Source of the DNA: an uncultured Anaerolineales bacterium
GTDB lineage: Bacteria > Chloroflexota > Anaerolineae > Anaerolineales > UBA6663
Direction of reading: 5' to 3'
Assembly (NCBI GenBank): GCA_964497615.1
Contig: CAZCEC010000018.1
Span: 1,176 to 65,175 of the forward strand
DNA length: 64,000 nt
The notes beneath the pieces were generated by a model. It saw only the letters and a list, made by a program, of their open reading frames with translations, was not told where the DNA came from and searched no databases. Positions 35,680 to 44,861 of this stretch are shown here, one piece after another (position 1 is the stretch's first letter; every line of letters starts with the position of its first letter). Both the position numbers and the translations under genes were made by a program.

Positions 35680-36909
35680 TTAAGGGTCGCGGCGCAGCCA
35701 GAGGGACACACTCTTTGGCTCAAGCGTATCCTGGACCACTCGCATCAATTGCGTGTTAAGTTGGTCGAGGTCGGCATCGGCGTCGGCGCGCAGGGCCGCG
35801 CCATAGGCCTCCAGGGTGCGGGCCGCATCGTAGCGGCGGCGGTTGAAGCGCCGGTCGATACCGCGCTGGACGCGGGTGCGCAGGGGGCCGGCGGCGGCGG
35901 CGATGACCAGGGTTGAGAACACCGTGACCAGCGGCGACTGCGCCTGGCCGGTGAGGGCCCGCAAGCCCCCTTGCAGCACAATCACACTCCCCAAATACAG
36001 AATCGCCAGCGCCCCGGTGAGCGTGGTGTACAGCAGGGTGCGGCGGATGAGCAGGTCAATGTCCCACAGCCGATAGCGCAGGATTGAGACGGCGAGACTG
36101 AGCGGCAGCAAGGCCACGGCCAGCCGCAGGGCATGGTCCGTGACGAACTGCGCCAGGGCCGCCAGCGGCGTGGCCGCCAGCAGGGTGACCACCAAGAAGG
36201 CATTAATCAGCAGGATCACCATCGCCGACAGCCCGACCACGACCCACTTGATCTGCTGGCGCTCCACGGGCGTAGACAGCCGCCGGTAGCGATAGGCCAG
36301 CGCACCCACGCCGATGGGCAGTAAGATCAGCCAGGTCAGTATCCAGGCGGTCCAGACGGCTCCCCCGTCCGTCTGAAGATTCCACACGGTCAGCCCGGCC
36401 TCGACCGCAAAGGCTAATCCAAAGAACCAGCCCAGCCAGCCCCTGGCCGGCCGGCCGCTGGGAAACAGCAGGATGAACAGCGCCATCGCGTTCAGGCTCA
36501 GGAGGCTGAGCGCCTCGCTCGTCTGGGCGAAGAGGCGGCGCCAGGGCCAGGGGTAGTAGAGCCAGTCGCCGTCGTAGCCGCTGAGGGCGAGCGGCAGCGT
36601 GACCAGCAGCGCGCCGGCCAGCCAGGCGGCCCGGTCATCGGCCTTGCGCCAGCCAATGAACAGACCGGTGAACGCGCACAGTAGGGCGACGGCGTAGTCG
36701 CGGCCCAGAATGTAGCGGGCATACGCCGCCCGGCTGAGATACGACGCCACGGCGGGATAACTCTCCTGAAACACCCATTCGGTCGAAATGGTCAGCCGGC
36801 GGATGGGCGTCTGAAGCGCCAGCAGGGCGAGGCCTGTCACGGCGATCAGCAGGAATGTCGCTCGGGCCAGGGCCAGGCGGCGGGGCGCCGTCCACCAGGC
36901 CAGGGTCAT
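35680..36909 (-). CDS. Polytopic membrane protein resembling the N-terminal sensor/membrane module of histidine kinases, lacking any kinase domain
   Basis: ATG 36909 overlaps the upstream stop (ATGA). It has at least 8 hydrophobic segments. The ILRYRLWDIDLLIRRTLLYT and RVQRGIDRRFNRRRYDAARTLEAY motifs normally precede HisKA/HATPase domains, but the protein ends at ...VSLWLRRDP. Confidence 0.65.
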   Translation of the reverse strand: MTLAWWTAPRRLALARATFLLIAVTGLALLALQTPIRRLTISTEWVFQESYPAVASYLSRAAYARYILGRDYAVALLCAFTGLFIGWRKADDRAAWLAGALLVTLPLALSGYDGDWLYYPWPWRRLFAQTSEALSLLSLNAMALFILLFPSGRPARGWLGWFFGLAFAVEAGLTVWNLQTDGGAVWTAWILTWLILLPIGVGALAYRYRRLSTPVERQQIKWVVVGLSAMVILLINAFLVVTLLAATPLAALAQFVTDHALRLAVALLPLSLAVSILRYRLWDIDLLIRRTLLYTTLTGALAILYLGSVIVLQGGLRALTGQAQSPLVTVFSTLVIAAAAGPLRTRVQRGIDRRFNRRRYDAARTLEAYGAALRADADADLDQLNTQLMRVVQDTLEPKSVSLWLRRDP

Positions 36910-38939
36910 GCCGGGGCGGCCTCCGGCGCGGGGCGGCGGGCAGAGAGGAGGGTGAGCGCGCCGAGCGCCATCCAGCCCAGGCCCAAGCAAATCACCATCA
37001 GCCAAAGCGGCCAATCGGTGTTGGGCGCGAGCCAGAAACTGGCGACCAGCGGAAGCGGCCCGCCGAGCGGCCCGATGATGAGCGGCAGGAAGTTGAGGTG
37101 CGGCAACAGGCGCGTCTTCAGGTTGGCCAACCCAAAGAGCATCAGGCCCACGGTGTGAACCAGGAGCCCGAGGATCAGCAGATACCAGCCCGCCTCCCAT
37201 GCGAACCACTCGGAGACGAAGGCGATGCCAATTGCGACAATGCCCAGCACGGCGCCAGCCAACCCAACCCCGCCCAGCCGCCCGAGGCGGCCCAGAGTAC
37301 TCAGCCCGACCGCGCCCACCCCGATAAGAGTGGTGGCAAATACGAGCAGGAAAGACCACTGGTCCTGCCCGTCGCCGCTGGAGAGTGACCACACGGCCAG
37401 CCACGAAAGCCCGCCGAGGACCCCGGCCAGCCCGCCCAGACGGGCGAGGAACTGGCGCGACACGCCCGGCCAGAAACGCCAGCCGACCGTGCCCAGCGGC
37501 AAACCGACGACGGCCAGCAAGGCCAGCCAGCGGACGGGCACGGGCGGGCGATAGTCGGGCAGGGGGGCCAGGGCGCGGGCAGTGTAATTGGGGCACAGGC
37601 TGGCAGCGCTGGGGGCGCAGTGCTCGAATCGCCCGCCCACCATCGTGGCGAGCACGCTGAGGCGGCGCAATTCTTCCGCGCCCACGGCCAGGGGGTTGCC
37701 GGAGACGACGATGAGGTCCGCGTACTTGCCGGGGGCGAGGCTGCCGACTTCGGCTTCGCGGAAGAGGGCATAGGCGGACTGGAGGGTCATGATCGAGAGT
37801 GCCTCGGAGACGGTGAGGGTATCGTCGAGCAGCCAGGGCTGGGGGGCGCAGGTGCGGTAGCCGCTGTACACGTCGAGGCGGGTGACAAAGCCGTACAGGT
37901 GGATGAAGGGGTTAATGGAATGGAAGGGATAGTCGGAGTGCCAGGCGATGTTGAGGCCAGGGTTGCGGTCGCGCAAATCGCGCCAGGGCCACTCCCAGTC
38001 GCCGTAGGCCTCCGGCAGCGGCGGGCCAAAGGGGACGCAGCTCAGGTAGTTGCCCGGCAGCACCGGCACCAGGTTCAACTCACCAAAGCGCGCAACCAAC
38101 TCCGGCGGCAGCACGCTGACGTGCTCGAGGCGGTGGCGGTAGGTGTTGGGCTGACCGTTAAGGGCGGCGGCCACGGCGGTTTGCGCCTGCGCCACGGCGC
38201 GGTCGCCGATGGCGTGGATGGCGGCCTGATGGCCGGCGGCCTGGACCTCGGCCACCATCGCGTTGAGTTCGTCTTGCGTGTGCCACAGGTCGCCGCCGTG
38301 CTGATCGGCATGGTCAAAGCTGAGGGCCACGTTGCCACACGAGCCGCCGTCGGTGAAGATTTTGACGCCGCCGAGGCGGAGCATCTCGCCGGGGACGCGG
38401 GTGGGCGGATAGGCTTTCCACCAATCGCCCTGGTCGCTGCCGCAGGGGTCGGTGTGGACGAGATACAAGCTGGTGTGCAGGCGCAAGTAACCGCCGTCGT
38501 TGAAGGCCTGGACCTCCTGCAGGAAGACCTGGTCCACATACAAATCGCCAATCGTGGTGATGCCGCTGCGGAGAGCTAGGCCCTGGGCCTGGTCGAGGCT
38601 CATGCCCTGGGAGCGGGCGTCGTTGAGGACGTGGGTGTGAGCGTCCACGAAGCCGGGCATCAGGGTGCGGCCGGCGAGATCAATGACTAGGCTGTCGGGC
38701 GCGGCCAGGGCCAGCACGCTGGCGTCATCGCCGACGGCTTCGATCTTGTCGCCGCGCAGGGCGATGGCCTGGGCCACCGGCTGAGACGACTCCATGGTCA
38801 GCACAATGCCATTGTGGAAGATGACGGACTGGCCGGGATCAACCGGCTCGACGGGAGTGCCGAGGAGGGCGGGGGCGCAGGCGGCGAGGAGGCTGGCGGC
38901 GGCCAGGAGGATGAGCAGGCTGGCAGGGCGGGTCGGCAT
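36906..38939 (-). CDS. Lipoprotein-signal amidohydrolase (Amidohydro_3/YtcJ-like) fused to a C-terminal multi-TM domain
   Basis: I prefer ATG 38939 (MPTRPASLLILLAAASLLAAC lipobox, GGAG 9 nt upstream). LMPGFVDAHTHVL is the metal-binding motif. The last ~230 aa contain at least 6 hydrophobic helices. Confidence 0.7.
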   Translation of the reverse strand: MPTRPASLLILLAAASLLAACAPALLGTPVEPVDPGQSVIFHNGIVLTMESSQPVAQAIALRGDKIEAVGDDASVLALAAPDSLVIDLAGRTLMPGFVDAHTHVLNDARSQGMSLDQAQGLALRSGITTIGDLYVDQVFLQEVQAFNDGGYLRLHTSLYLVHTDPCGSDQGDWWKAYPPTRVPGEMLRLGGVKIFTDGGSCGNVALSFDHADQHGGDLWHTQDELNAMVAEVQAAGHQAAIHAIGDRAVAQAQTAVAAALNGQPNTYRHRLEHVSVLPPELVARFGELNLVPVLPGNYLSCVPFGPPLPEAYGDWEWPWRDLRDRNPGLNIAWHSDYPFHSINPFIHLYGFVTRLDVYSGYRTCAPQPWLLDDTLTVSEALSIMTLQSAYALFREAEVGSLAPGKYADLIVVSGNPLAVGAEELRRLSVLATMVGGRFEHCAPSAASLCPNYTARALAPLPDYRPPVPVRWLALLAVVGLPLGTVGWRFWPGVSRQFLARLGGLAGVLGGLSWLAVWSLSSGDGQDQWSFLLVFATTLIGVGAVGLSTLGRLGRLGGVGLAGAVLGIVAIGIAFVSEWFAWEAGWYLLILGLLVHTVGLMLFGLANLKTRLLPHLNFLPLIIGPLGGPLPLVASFWLAPNTDWPLWLMVICLGLGWMALGALTLLSARRPAPEAAPA

Positions 38940-38985
38940 GAAAGGACTCCGGCGAAGGCGGCGCAAGTGATGGATTGTGTTTGAC

Positions 38986-39020
38986 TGTAAATGAAAGCGC
39001 CCCCGGTGTCATGGGGGCGC
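38986..39020 (-). terminator. Intrinsic terminator after the epimerase gene
   Basis: Reverse strand reads gcgccccc-atgacacc-gggggcgc followed by tttcattt. Confidence 0.6.
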
Positions 39021-39059
39021 GTTCCTGATTGTTTGGGAGGTTTTGCCCGGGGGTTGGGT

Positions 39060-40040
39060 CTAGTCGAGGACGATCTGGCTGGCCCAGGCGCGCTCGCGCT
39101 GGTACCAGTCCACCAGGGCGCGCACGCCGTCGGCGAAGGGGGTGCGCGGTTCCCAGCCCAACTGCTGGCGGGCGCGGGTGATGTCGGCCCAGGAGGCGGG
39201 GATGTCGGCCTTGTGGCGGGGCTGGAAGTCTATCTGGGCGGCGCGGCCCGTCAACTGCTCGATCAGGCGCAGGGCGTCGAGGAGCACCACCGGCTGGTCG
39301 GAGCCGAGGTTGATGACGGTGTAGCCGGCGGGGGCCAGCCCGGCGATGGTGCCGTGCGCGATGTCGTCCACAAAGGTGAAGTCGCGCGACTGCTGCCCAT
39401 CGCCGAAGATCGTCACCGGCCGGCCTTCGCTGACCCATTGCACTATCCGCAAGAGGCTCATGTCGGGCCGGCCGGCCGGACCATAGACCGTGAAGTAACG
39501 GAACACGGTCACGTCCAGGCCGTGCAGGTAGTGGTAGGTGTAGCACAGAGCCTCGGCGGCCTTCTTGGAGGCGGCATAGGGCGAGAGGGGGCGGCTGGTG
39601 TCGGCGTCCTCGCGCCAGGGCATGGGGTTATCGGCGCCATACAGGCTGGAGGTGGAGGCCAGCACGAACTTGGGCACGCCGCTGGCGCGGCACAACTCCA
39701 GCAGGTTGAGGGTGCCGGTGAGGTTGGTGTCGAAGTAGGTCCACGGGTCGGCGACGCTCTGGCGCACCCCGGCGCGGGCGGCGAGGTTGACAACAGCGGC
39801 AACAGGCGCGGGGGCGGATTGCCAGGCCGCCTGGAGCGCGGGCCGGTCGGTGATATCCACCTGGTGAAAGTGAAAGTTGGGATGCTGGCGCAGGCGGTCC
39901 AGCCGCCAGTGCTTGAGGCGCACGTCGTAGGCGCTGTTGAGGTTGTCGAGACCGACGACGGTGTGGCCGAGGGCCAACAGCAGATCGGATACGCGGTTGG
40001 CGATGAAGCCGGCGGCGCCGGTGACGAGGATGACGGACAC
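39060..40040 (-). CDS. NAD-dependent epimerase/dehydratase (extended SDR, UDP-sugar 4-epimerase-like)
   Basis: VILVTGAAGFIANRV (Rossmann motif) and YAASKKAAE (YxxxK). I prefer GTG 40040, with AGGAG 6 nt upstream. TATAAT at 40066..40061 overlaps the upstream gene's stop codon. Confidence 0.8.
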   Translation of the reverse strand: MSVILVTGAAGFIANRVSDLLLALGHTVVGLDNLNSAYDVRLKHWRLDRLRQHPNFHFHQVDITDRPALQAAWQSAPAPVAAVVNLAARAGVRQSVADPWTYFDTNLTGTLNLLELCRASGVPKFVLASTSSLYGADNPMPWREDADTSRPLSPYAASKKAAEALCYTYHYLHGLDVTVFRYFTVYGPAGRPDMSLLRIVQWVSEGRPVTIFGDGQQSRDFTFVDDIAHGTIAGLAPAGYTVINLGSDQPVVLLDALRLIEQLTGRAAQIDFQPRHKADIPASWADITRARQQLGWEPRTPFADGVRALVDWYQRERAWASQIVLD

Positions 40041-40061
40041 AGGCAACTCCTAGCAGGAGGA

Positions 40062-41048
40062 TTATACGCCGAACGCGGCCGAGAGCCGGGCGGCCTGCTC
40101 GATGGCCTTGAGCAGGCTGGCGTGGTCGGCCACGCCCCGACCGGCGATGTCGAAGGCGGTGCCGTGGTCCACGCTGGTGCGCACGAAGGGCAGGCCCACG
40201 GTGACATTGACGCCGTTCTCCACACCCAGGTACTTGACCGGGATCAGGCCTTGATCGTGGTACAGCGCCACGACGATATCGAACTCGCCGCGGCGGGCGC
40301 GCATAAAGATGGTGTCGGGCGGGTAGGGGCCGCTGGCGTCCAGGCCCTCGCGCTGGGCTTGCTGGATGGCGGGCAGGATGATCTCGATCTCCTCATCGCC
40401 AAACAGGCCATTCTCCCCGGCATGCGGGTTGAGGCCGGCGACGGCGATGCGGGGCCGGGGGACGCCCAGGCCGGCGGTCGCGCGGCCCGCCAGCCGGATG
40501 GTCTTGAGCACGCGCTCGAAAGTGATCAACTCAATCGCCTCGCGCAGGGAGACGTGGATGGTGACCAGGATGGTGCGCAGTTCGTCATTCGCCAGCATCA
40601 TGGCGAAGTCGGTGGTGCCGCTGAGGTCGGCCAGCATTTCGGTGTGGCCGGGGTAGGGGATGCCGGCGGCCTTGAAGGCATCCTTGTTCAGGGGCGCGGT
40701 GGCAATGGCGCGCACACGCCGCGCCAGGGCCAGGTGGATGGCGCGCTCCACATAATCGTGGGCGGCGCGGCCCGCCACGGCGCTCACCTGGCCCAGCGGC
40801 AGGTCCACGGGCAGATCGGTGAGGGAGATGACGGGCACGACGCCGGGGCCGGGGCGGGCGGCCTCCGGGTCGGCGATCGGCTGGATGTCGAGGGGCAGGC
40901 TGAGGTTGGCCGCGGTGCGGCGCAAGAGACCGGCATCGCCCACCACCAGGATCGGCTCGGTGAGGCGCGGGTCCGCGAAGGTTTTAACGACGATCTCCGG
41001 CCCGATGCCGGCGGGATCGCCCATGGTGACGGCGATGGGGAGGGTCAA
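40062..41048 (-). CDS. PdxA-family NAD-dependent dehydrogenase/decarboxylase (4-hydroxythreonine-4-phosphate dehydrogenase family; context suggests PdxA2-type)
   Basis: TTG 41048 overlaps the upstream stop (TTGA), with GGAGA 7 nt upstream. Motifs TMGDPAGIGPEI, YPGHTE, GLNPHAGENG, YHDQGLIP and TSVDHGTAFDIAG. Confidence 0.8.
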   Translation of the reverse strand: MTLPIAVTMGDPAGIGPEIVVKTFADPRLTEPILVVGDAGLLRRTAANLSLPLDIQPIADPEAARPGPGVVPVISLTDLPVDLPLGQVSAVAGRAAHDYVERAIHLALARRVRAIATAPLNKDAFKAAGIPYPGHTEMLADLSGTTDFAMMLANDELRTILVTIHVSLREAIELITFERVLKTIRLAGRATAGLGVPRPRIAVAGLNPHAGENGLFGDEEIEIILPAIQQAQREGLDASGPYPPDTIFMRARRGEFDIVVALYHDQGLIPVKYLGVENGVNVTVGLPFVRTSVDHGTAFDIAGRGVADHASLLKAIEQAARLSAAFGV

Positions 41049-42358
41049 CGCGGGTCTCCGTTTGTTTCCAGGGTCAGGTGCTGGAGCGACCTCAGCAGGG
41101 CCGCGGGCGAGCCAAAGGCGCCAGCTTTGATGACGATGAGCGCCGGCCGCGGCCCGACGAGGCGCGTGAGGGGAATGCCAGGCTCCACCTCGCGCACGAT
41201 CTCTACGGCCTGCGCGCCGAGCGCGGCGCACACGGCGCTGGCTGTCTCGCCGCCGGTGACCGCCAGGCCGGTGAGGGCGGGCGCGGCGGTGACGATTGCC
41301 TCGGCCAGGCGGGCGAGGGCCAGAGAGATGCGCTGAGCCACGAGGGCGGGAGTCTGCCCGGCTTGCGCGCTCTGGGCGGTGACGGCTGCCACTTCGGCGC
41401 GGTCCGAAAGAAGGCCGATGGCGGGCGACTGGCCGTGCCGGATGGCGTGGAGGGCGAAGGCCAGGCAACGGTCGTGCTCCGCCTGGGCCTCTGCGCCGCC
41501 TGCTGCCAGGGCGAATGGGTTGGCCTTGAGGATGGCGACATCTGGACGCTCTGCCAGCACGTCGAACTGCTGGCGGGTGTGCTCGGAGGCGGTGCCGGCG
41601 AGGATGAGGCCGGGGGCGGGGTGCTCGGGCAGATCCACGATGGCGGGCAGGGGAGACGGACGGAAGTAGGCGCCGACATGCCCGGCCAGGCCGGTGGAGC
41701 CGACCCACAAAGGCACGAGACGCGCGCGCGCCACCGCCTGCACCAAGCGGGCCAGGTCGTCTTCCTCGGCCGCATCGGCGATGAGCAGTTGGCGCCCCGC
41801 GGCGGCGAGGGTCGTGAGCGAGGCGGCTAGTTCGGCCCCGGGCGCGCGTACTTCGGCGAGGGTGAGAGCGGCAGACGCGAGGCCGAGCGGGGCGAGCAGG
41901 GCCGGCACGCTTGACTCGCGGACCGGGTTGACGGGGTCGGTGCCGAATTCGGTGAGGTGCATGGGCAGGCCGCGCAGGTGCTGCACACCTCCCTCGGTCG
42001 TGCGGCCGTAGGTGGGGAAGGCGGGCGCGGCGAGGACGAGGTCTGGCTGGGCGACCTCCAACACGGCGCGCACTTCGTCGGCGACGTTGCCGCGCAGGGT
42101 GGAGTCCATCGACTTGTAGAAGTGGCGGTAGCCCAGGTTGCTTAACTGCTGGGCGGCGCGGCGGGTGAGGGCGTAAGCGTCCGCGCCGGAGCCGAGGCGG
42201 CTCTCGGTGGTAACGGACATGACATCCGTGGAAGGCAGAGTCGGCCAGTCGTCCACACGGTGGAGGGGCACGGTGACGCGCAGGCCCCAACGCGCGAGCT
42301 GCACGCCGCAGTCGGTGGCGCTGGAGAGGTCGTCGGCGACGAGGGCGAGTTCGGGCAT
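41045..42358 (-). CDS. Four-carbon acid-sugar kinase family protein (DUF1537)
   Basis: 437 aa. The N-terminal LALVADDLSSATDCG resembles the ADDxTGA motif of the family. Translationally coupled to the PdxA-family gene. Confidence 0.7.
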   Translation of the reverse strand: MPELALVADDLSSATDCGVQLARWGLRVTVPLHRVDDWPTLPSTDVMSVTTESRLGSGADAYALTRRAAQQLSNLGYRHFYKSMDSTLRGNVADEVRAVLEVAQPDLVLAAPAFPTYGRTTEGGVQHLRGLPMHLTEFGTDPVNPVRESSVPALLAPLGLASAALTLAEVRAPGAELAASLTTLAAAGRQLLIADAAEEDDLARLVQAVARARLVPLWVGSTGLAGHVGAYFRPSPLPAIVDLPEHPAPGLILAGTASEHTRQQFDVLAERPDVAILKANPFALAAGGAEAQAEHDRCLAFALHAIRHGQSPAIGLLSDRAEVAAVTAQSAQAGQTPALVAQRISLALARLAEAIVTAAPALTGLAVTGGETASAVCAALGAQAVEIVREVEPGIPLTRLVGPRPALIVIKAGAFGSPAALLRSLQHLTLETNGDPR

Positions 42359-42373
42359 GCTGGGGGGAGGCGG

Positions 42374-43894
42374 CTAGCTGGCCGCGATCAGTGCGGCGGT
42401 GATGCGCTCGGCGGCCACCAGGGTGGGGACGTAGGTGTTGGCGCGCGGGATGATGGGCATGACGGCGGCATCCGCGACGTAGACGTTATCCAGGCCGTGC
42501 ACCCGGCCATCCGTGTCCACCACGGCGGCGGGGTCGGAGGCAGGGCCGAGCTTGCAGGTGCCGACTGGATGAAAGTAGTGCAGGCAGTTGCGGCGCACGC
42601 TGTCCGCATCGGTGATTTGCGCGGTGGCGGGCAACTCCGCGCCCAACCACTCCGCCAGGGGCGATTGGCGGGCCATCGTGCGGGCGAGGTCGAGGCCGCT
42701 CAGCAGCACGCGCAGGTCCGCGCCCTCCGGATCGGTGAGGTAGCCGGTGTCGATGATGGGGGCGGAAACGGGGTCGAGGTCAGGCAGGGTCACCCGACCG
42801 CGCGACAGGGGGGCCATGTTGCCCACGGGCAGGGTGAATTCCCACTCATCGCGGGCCGTCGCTGCCCGCCCGCCGACGGGGAACAGGTGCAGGTCGAAGG
42901 CCACGGCGCAGTGCGGGCTGCGGGCCTTGGCAAGGCTTTGCTCGGCGACAAGGGTTTGGCCGCCGCGCTCGAACGCCTCCAAAGCCTCAATCAGCGCAGG
43001 CGTGCCGGAGTAGCGCAGGTACAGGCTGGGATGGTCGTGCAGGTTGCGGCCCACGCCGGGCAGGTCCAGCACGATGCCGGTCCCCAGGGCACGCAGTTCG
43101 GGCGCGGGGCCGATGCCGGAGCGGAGCAGGACGGCGGGTGAGCCATAGGCCCCGGCGCAGAGGACCACGCGCCCGGCCGCGATGCTGGCGGGTTGGCCGG
43201 CGATGAGGCAGGCGACCTCGACAGCGCGGCCATGTTCGACGCGCACCCGGTCCACCAGGGCCTCGCCCACGATGGTGAGGCGCGGGCTGGCGCGCACGGG
43301 GTCGAGATAGGCCAGGGCGGTGTTCCAGCGCAGTCCGTCGCGCACATTGACGGCGGCGGTACTGGCGCCTTCGTTCTCGTCGAGGTTGCTCAGGTCATCC
43401 ACCAGGGGCAGGCCGGCGCGCTGCATGGCGGTGAGGCAGGCCTGGTGGAAGGGGGTGATCTCTTCGGGCGCATAGCGGCGCACCTGGAGGGTCTGGTTGA
43501 CGGTGTGAAACAGGGGCAGCAGGTCGGTGGTGGCCCAGCCGGGATTGCCGAAGGCGGCCCAGGCGTCGTAGTCGACGCGGTGGCCCCACATGGCGATGCA
43601 GCCATTGTGGGTCGAGCACCCGCCGATGACGCGCGCGCGTTCGAGCGGGTGGCGAGGCAGGCCATGCGCGGCGGCGCTGGTGTAGCCCCAATCGTGGCTA
43701 AGGGCCAGGGCGCGGGCATCGAGCAAGTCGGCGGGCCAGCGGCCATCGGCCAGCGCGCCGTAGTCGGGGCCGGCCTCCAGCAGCACCACGGATTGGGCGG
43801 TGTGCTGGGCCAGGCGCCCGGCCACCACCGCGCCGGCCGAGCCGCCGCCGATGACTACGGTGTCGGCATAAGGGGGAAGGACAGTATTGGGCAT
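42374..43894 (-). CDS. GMC-family FAD oxidoreductase (choline/sugar dehydrogenase-like)
   Basis: 506 aa. VVIGGGSAGAVVAGRLA (FAD-binding motif), a GGCSTHNG-like segment, and C-terminal HPVGTCKLG. AGGAG 5 nt upstream. Confidence 0.85.
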   Translation of the reverse strand: MPNTVLPPYADTVVIGGGSAGAVVAGRLAQHTAQSVVLLEAGPDYGALADGRWPADLLDARALALSHDWGYTSAAAHGLPRHPLERARVIGGCSTHNGCIAMWGHRVDYDAWAAFGNPGWATTDLLPLFHTVNQTLQVRRYAPEEITPFHQACLTAMQRAGLPLVDDLSNLDENEGASTAAVNVRDGLRWNTALAYLDPVRASPRLTIVGEALVDRVRVEHGRAVEVACLIAGQPASIAAGRVVLCAGAYGSPAVLLRSGIGPAPELRALGTGIVLDLPGVGRNLHDHPSLYLRYSGTPALIEALEAFERGGQTLVAEQSLAKARSPHCAVAFDLHLFPVGGRAATARDEWEFTLPVGNMAPLSRGRVTLPDLDPVSAPIIDTGYLTDPEGADLRVLLSGLDLARTMARQSPLAEWLGAELPATAQITDADSVRRNCLHYFHPVGTCKLGPASDPAAVVDTDGRVHGLDNVYVADAAVMPIIPRANTYVPTLVAAERITAALIAAS

Positions 43895-43931
43895 ATTGCT
43901 CCTAACGGCGCGTGGAGTGGAACCGCGGATC

Positions 43932-43997
43932 GCGCGTGCAACGCGCTCCTACAATAGATGGGCGGTGTGGGACATTGCGCATGCAATGCGCTCCTAC
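43932..43997. repeat. Two copies of a 21-nt hairpin motif, 45 bp apart
   Basis: gcgcgtgcaacgcgctcctac (43932..43952) and gcgcatgcaatgcgctcctac (43977..43997). Each forms a 6-bp stem with a gca loop. The G:C to A:T change is compensatory. Confidence 0.85.
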
Positions 43998-44041
43998 GGA
44001 GGATAAGCGGGCTAGCGGCGGCAAGCAATGGCGGCAGCGCA

Positions 44042-44854
44042 TTAGAGTAAAGCCAATTGGTCGGCCAGCGCGCCGATGTCGGGGAAAACGAAGTCCGGGG
44101 GGTGCTGGGCACTGGGCACGTCCTCGGGGCGGGTTTCGCCGCTGAGTAATAAGATGGCGGGGAGGCCGGCGGCGGCCCCCAAGGCGATGTCGGTATAGAG
44201 CCGGTCGCCCACCATCGCCAGGGAGGCGAGAGGCACGCCAGCGCGCTCGGCGGCCATTTCCGCCATCAGGCGGTTGGGCTTGCCGATGATGTGGTCCGGC
44301 TCGCGGCCGGTGGCGGCGCGCACGGCGGCAATGAAGGCGCCGATGTCGGGCATGGTACCGGTTTCAGTGGGGCAGACCAGATCGGGATGCGTGGCGAGGT
44401 AGGGTACGCCGGACGAGACGAGGTCGCACAGCTTCCATAGCTTGGCGTAGGTGAGGGTGGTGTCGAAGCCCAGCACCGCTACATCGGGCGCGTCGCTGGC
44501 GAGGGTGAAGCCGCGCGCGGCAAACTCGGCTTCCAGGCTGGGCGTGCCCACCACATAGACGCGCGCGCCGGGCCGCTGCCCGTGCAGATATTGGGCGGTG
44601 GCCGCGCCAGAGGTGAGCACCTGCTCCAGCGAGGCGGGCAGGCCCAGCCGGTTGAGCTTATCAACGTACTGGCGGGCATCCTTGGAAGAGTTGTTGGTGA
44701 GAAAGATATGGCGCAGGCCGCGCGCCTGGAGCAATTGCAGGAAGCGCAGCGCGCCGGGCAGCAGGCGCTCGCCCAGGTACACGGTGCCATCCATATCAAG
44801 CAGAAAGCAGCGGACCGGCGCGAGGCGGGCGAGGTTGGGCAGAGGCTGGGGCAT
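44042..44854 (-). CDS. HAD-superfamily subfamily IIA phosphatase (NagD-like)
   Basis: I prefer ATG 44854 (MPQPLPNLARLAPVRCFLLDMDGTVY), 7 nt after the upstream stop. DMDGT is motif I; LTNNSS and GDRLYTDI are also present. Confidence 0.8.
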   Translation of the reverse strand: MPQPLPNLARLAPVRCFLLDMDGTVYLGERLLPGALRFLQLLQARGLRHIFLTNNSSKDARQYVDKLNRLGLPASLEQVLTSGAATAQYLHGQRPGARVYVVGTPSLEAEFAARGFTLASDAPDVAVLGFDTTLTYAKLWKLCDLVSSGVPYLATHPDLVCPTETGTMPDIGAFIAAVRAATGREPDHIIGKPNRLMAEMAAERAGVPLASLAMVGDRLYTDIALGAAAGLPAILLLSGETRPEDVPSAQHPPDFVFPDIGALADQLALL

Positions 44855-44861
44855 GGGGCGC

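Noticed and set aside
35680-37596. ORF-track entries that fuse or extend real genes far upstream. Examples: 35680..37596, 40062..42290, 44862..47627, 49663..51333, 44042..45025, 54026..55108, 48744..49835, 22219..23274, 10351..14424, 27052..29466, 62006..63454.
   Set aside because: The N-terminal extensions are P/S/R/W-rich and overlap the preceding gene in another frame. Internal starts with an RBS, start/stop overlaps (ATGA/TTGA) or signal peptides give proteins of family-typical length.
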